Below, in pieces: positions 8,395-11,013 of a stretch of 11,013 bases of DNA; the first letter of the stretch is position 1; each line of letters opens with the position of its first letter. A program made the position numbers and the translations under genes. The DNA comes from Octopus sinensis (Eukaryota). The DNA is taken from contig NW_021827111.1 of assembly GCF_006345805.1 (NCBI RefSeq), positions 1-11,013 of the forward strand, given 5' to 3'. The notes under the pieces are model-generated. The model was given only the letters and a program-made list of their open reading frames with translations, was not told the DNA's origin and ran no database searches.

Positions 8395-8706
8395 GAAGGC
8401 GCCTGGCTTAGTCGTTAAGGCATTCGGCTCACGTTTGTATAGATCATGTGTTCGATTTCCCGGTGACCTGTTGTTCCCTTGCGCAAAACACTTTATCTCA
8501 CTTTGCTGGGGGAAAATGAGTTGAACCTTCATTTCAAAGGGTCAGTCTTGTCACACTCTGTGTCAGGCTGAATTTTCCTGAGAACTACACGAAGGGTACG
8601 AGTTGCTGTGGAGTACTCAGCCACTTGTACGTTAATATCACGTGCAGGCCATTCGGTTGAACGGATAAGCTGGAACCCTCATCGTCGTAAACGATGGAGT
8701 ACCAGT
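8395..8706 (+). mobile_element. tRNA-derived SINE, family C, probably CORE-type
   Basis: A-box-like tggcttagtcg (8404-8414) and B-box-like gttcgatttcc (8450-8460), followed by gttgttcccttgcgcaaaacactttatctcactttgct, which resembles the recalled CORE motif (tgtgtccttgggcaagacacttaac). Single copy in the window; the 3' boundary is from recall and approximate. Confidence 0.75.
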
Positions 8707-8868
8707 TTTCTTTTCTATTATTATGAAATAGGTTGTCCTCCTGTCCCTGTACGTTCTGAGAATACTATTGACTTCAGTTCTACCATTCTTCCCATTTAAG
8801 GTTCATTAAACATAATAAGCTGTATTTAAATCAGAAATCCAGAAACCTTACAATAGTCATTACAAAAC

Positions 8869-9011
8869 AGGCATAGCTGTGTGGCATGAGGTTTGTGTGC
8901 CATTCCAGTGCCACTGCGTAGCATCTTGGGCAAGTTCTTTCTACGACAACCTAAGGCCGATTAAAACCTGTTGAGCTAACTTGGTAAATAGATATTGAAA
9001 TGAGCCCGTCG
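8869..9011 (+). mobile_element. SINE family A, degenerate 5' half
   Basis: tagctgtgtgg...ccactgcgtagcatcttgggcaagt...ggccga...ttggta...ttgaaatgagcccgtcg matches the family A head and body, with an internal deletion. Confidence 0.82.
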
Positions 9012-9047
9012 CATACATACATACATACATACATACATACATACATA
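9012..9047. repeat. (CATA)n tetranucleotide repeat
   Basis: Read directly. Confidence 0.97.
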
Positions 9048-9457
9048 CCGGGGACATGCCACCTAGATAGGCATGATAGTCAGTGCTTGCCTCGAAAACA
9101 ATAGATCGATAGCAACATTTTCCTCTCATGGCAAAATATGTACCTAATTCAATAAAATTATGAAGGCTACCCTGATTACTATGCATAAAATCCAAAATAT
9201 TTTATCTTTTTGTAGATTAGGTAGGCATAATTTGTCCCTGCTTTCCAATCTCAGTATTAAAGCTACGCATAGAAATGCTGTAGTAGACATGTTGCGTACA
9301 TTCCTACAACATTTTCTTAACGTGCTATAAAGGTAGAAATAGATCTGCCTTCAACCCAGTCATGCGCTTGTGTTTCGTTTATTTTTTGTGTGTTTTGCTA
9401 CATAAAGGTCACCAACTGCCTACCTTGAGTAATTACTGAGGTCACGTGCCTGATAAT

Positions 9458-9548
9458 ACATACATACATACATACATACATACATGCATACATGCATACA
9501 TGCATACATACATACATACATACATACATACATGCATACATACATACG
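9458..9548. repeat. (CATA)n repeat with CATG variants
   Basis: Read directly. Confidence 0.97.
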
Positions 9549-9555
9549 CATGTGG

Positions 9556-9727
9556 GTGATGTGCTTCTTTCAATTTCCGTCTACCAAATCCATTCACAAG
9601 TCTTTGGTCGGGTCGAGACTTTAGTACAAAACACTTCCCCAAGGTGCCACGCTATGGGACCGATCCCGATCCCGAAACCATATGGTCGTGGAGCTGACTT
9701 CTCAACCACACAGCAACTTCTCTGCTT
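9556..9727 (-). mobile_element. SINE family A, 5' half
   Basis: gcttctttcaatttccgtctaccaaatccattcacaagtcttt is a near-perfect reverse complement of the copy-1 body at ~1434-1475. It continues to ...caaccacacagc, the reverse complement of the head. Confidence 0.93.
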
Positions 9728-10171
9728 GTAGCCACAACTATTCACGTATTTTTCAAAATTGACAAAGAGATTGCCAAAATTGTCGTGTCTGAAAGCAATA
9801 CTGTCTTCATTTCTTTAAAATTATTTGTGATACAGCATAATTATTATTTTTATCAATGATTAACTAAACGATTAAAACTCTGTTACTTCAGGACGGAGTC
9901 TATCACGGTTCCTAACTAACAACCAAATTATGAATAAAATAAATAAGTAAATAGATAAATAAAATAAAACGTAAAAATTAAAATAGAATATTCTGAAACG
10001 ATCTGATGTAACCATACTCTCCCAAAGACAATAAATTGCAATTATAAACCAAAACAAAAATACCCACTTGACAAACACGCTCTCCATATAATTTGTATTT
10101 AATTTTGGTATCATAAACATTTAAAAACTACGGGTGAACGTGAAAACAATTCTTTTATGGAACAGTAGAAT

Positions 10172-10270
10172 GGAAAGAAGAAGAAGAAGAAAACGAAAAA
10201 GAAGAAGAAGAAGAAGAAGAAGAAGAAGAAGAAGAAGAAGAAGAAGAAGAAGAAGAAGAAGAAGAAGAAG
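10172..10270 (+). repeat. (GAA)n trinucleotide repeat; about 23 uninterrupted units at 10201-10269
   Basis: Read directly. Confidence 0.98.
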
Positions 10271-10340
10271 GTCATTACATGCCTTTCAACGCACGAACTA
10301 TACATCTAATCCACCATGATTGGATTAACTTAAGGAAAAT

Positions 10341-10566
10341 GTTGCTGCTTTTTGTAGAAATCTGGGCGAGCGGGATCACAATCACCGCTGTGACAATAAA
10401 GATGAACAATAGTTTCAGGTTTGGAGCCATTTATTTTCTACTCATATGCTGCGATGTGTACGTACACTTTCTGTACACTTGTAGTCGAAAATAAATGGCT
10501 CTGTCTTTATTGTCACCGTGGTGACTGTGAAACCCGCTCGCCCAGATCTCTACACGAAGCAGCAAC
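10341..10566. repeat. 226-bp imperfect palindrome (long inverted repeat with no spacer), MITE-like
   Basis: Left arm: gttgctgctttttgtagaaatctgggcgagcggga-tcacaatcaccgctgtgacaataaaga...gagccatttattttctact. Reverse complement of right arm: gttgctgcttcgtgtagagatctgggcgagcgggtttcacagtcaccacggtgacaataaaga..gagccatttattttcgact. The centre is the perfect palindrome gtgtacgtacac (10456-10467). Opposite-strand ORFs share VEIWASG and AIYF. Confidence 0.95.
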
Positions 10567-10819
10567 GGTAAAAAACAATTTTGTCCGCTCATCATTAAAG
10601 AAGCAGCAAAATGTTGGTGCCACTGATACAAAGTCGGGTTCACAGTAACTTGAAAAAAACCATAAAATATTCAGGGATGACGGCGGTTTTTCGAGATATA
10701 GACGGACACGTAAAGAGACACGACCGGCCGGTCAGAAGATAAAGACAACATGGATGCCAGATACAAACCGGAAGTGACATACTTCCGACAAGTAAAACTA
10801 ACACTAAATGATAATCTTT

Positions 10820-11013
10820 TTTACTCTAGGCACTAGGCCCGAAATTTGGGGGATGGGGGACAGTCGGTTAGATCAGCCCAAGTACACAATTGGTACTTAA
10901 TTTATCAACCCCGAAAGGATGAAAGGCAAAGTTGACCTCGGCGGAATTTGAACTCAGAACGTAAAGATAGACGAAATACCGCTAAGAATTTCGCCCGGCA
11001 TGCTAACGTTTCT
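10820..11013 (-). mobile_element. tRNA-derived SINE, family B (octopus-type); 5' end runs off the window
   Basis: The minus strand reads agaaacgttagcatgccgggcg...acgttctgagttcaaattccgccgaggtcaactttgcctttcatcctttcggggttgataaattaagtacc... with a B-box gagttcaaattcc at 10955-10943. The gcctttcatcct...gataaa..agtacc segment resembles a conserved central domain of metazoan SINEs (recalled as the Meta domain, unverified). A second fragment lies at 3870-3965. Confidence 0.9.

Noticed and set aside
8395-8470. tRNA gene candidates at SINE heads
   Set aside because: The A/B boxes continue into SINE body sequence, and no complete cloverleaf or T-run terminator is present.
10134-10319. Poly-Arg 'protamine-like' ORF and antisense poly-Phe ORF
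   Set aside because: Direct translation of (GAA)n.
9111-10346. 14-nt inverted match agcaacattttcct (9111-9124) / aggaaaatgttgct (10333-10346)
   Set aside because: It does not extend and has no TSD. A single 14-mer match is plausible by chance in 11 kb.
1-11013. CRISPR array, operon or other prokaryotic system
   Set aside because: No regularly spaced direct repeats with unique spacers and no gene-dense coding. The sequence has the character of animal non-coding DNA.

Overview
Eukaryotic, repeat-dense non-coding DNA with no intact protein-coding gene. The SINE families resemble, from recall, the tRNA-derived SINEs of octopus, so a cephalopod origin is likely but unverified. Nearly all listed ORFs are artefacts of stop-free microsatellites. 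Supported content: (1) a decayed mariner transposon (5' TIR plus transposase N-terminus) on the minus strand at 1-540, missed by the ORF track; (2) nine copies or fragments of three tRNA-SINE families; (3) many di-, tri- and tetranucleotide microsatellites and a ~2 kb purine/G-rich tract; (4) a 226-bp imperfect palindrome at 10341-10566 with nearby smaller hairpins and a possible Helitron-like end. The palindrome region is the most unusual structure. I found no convincing evidence of a new multi-gene system.
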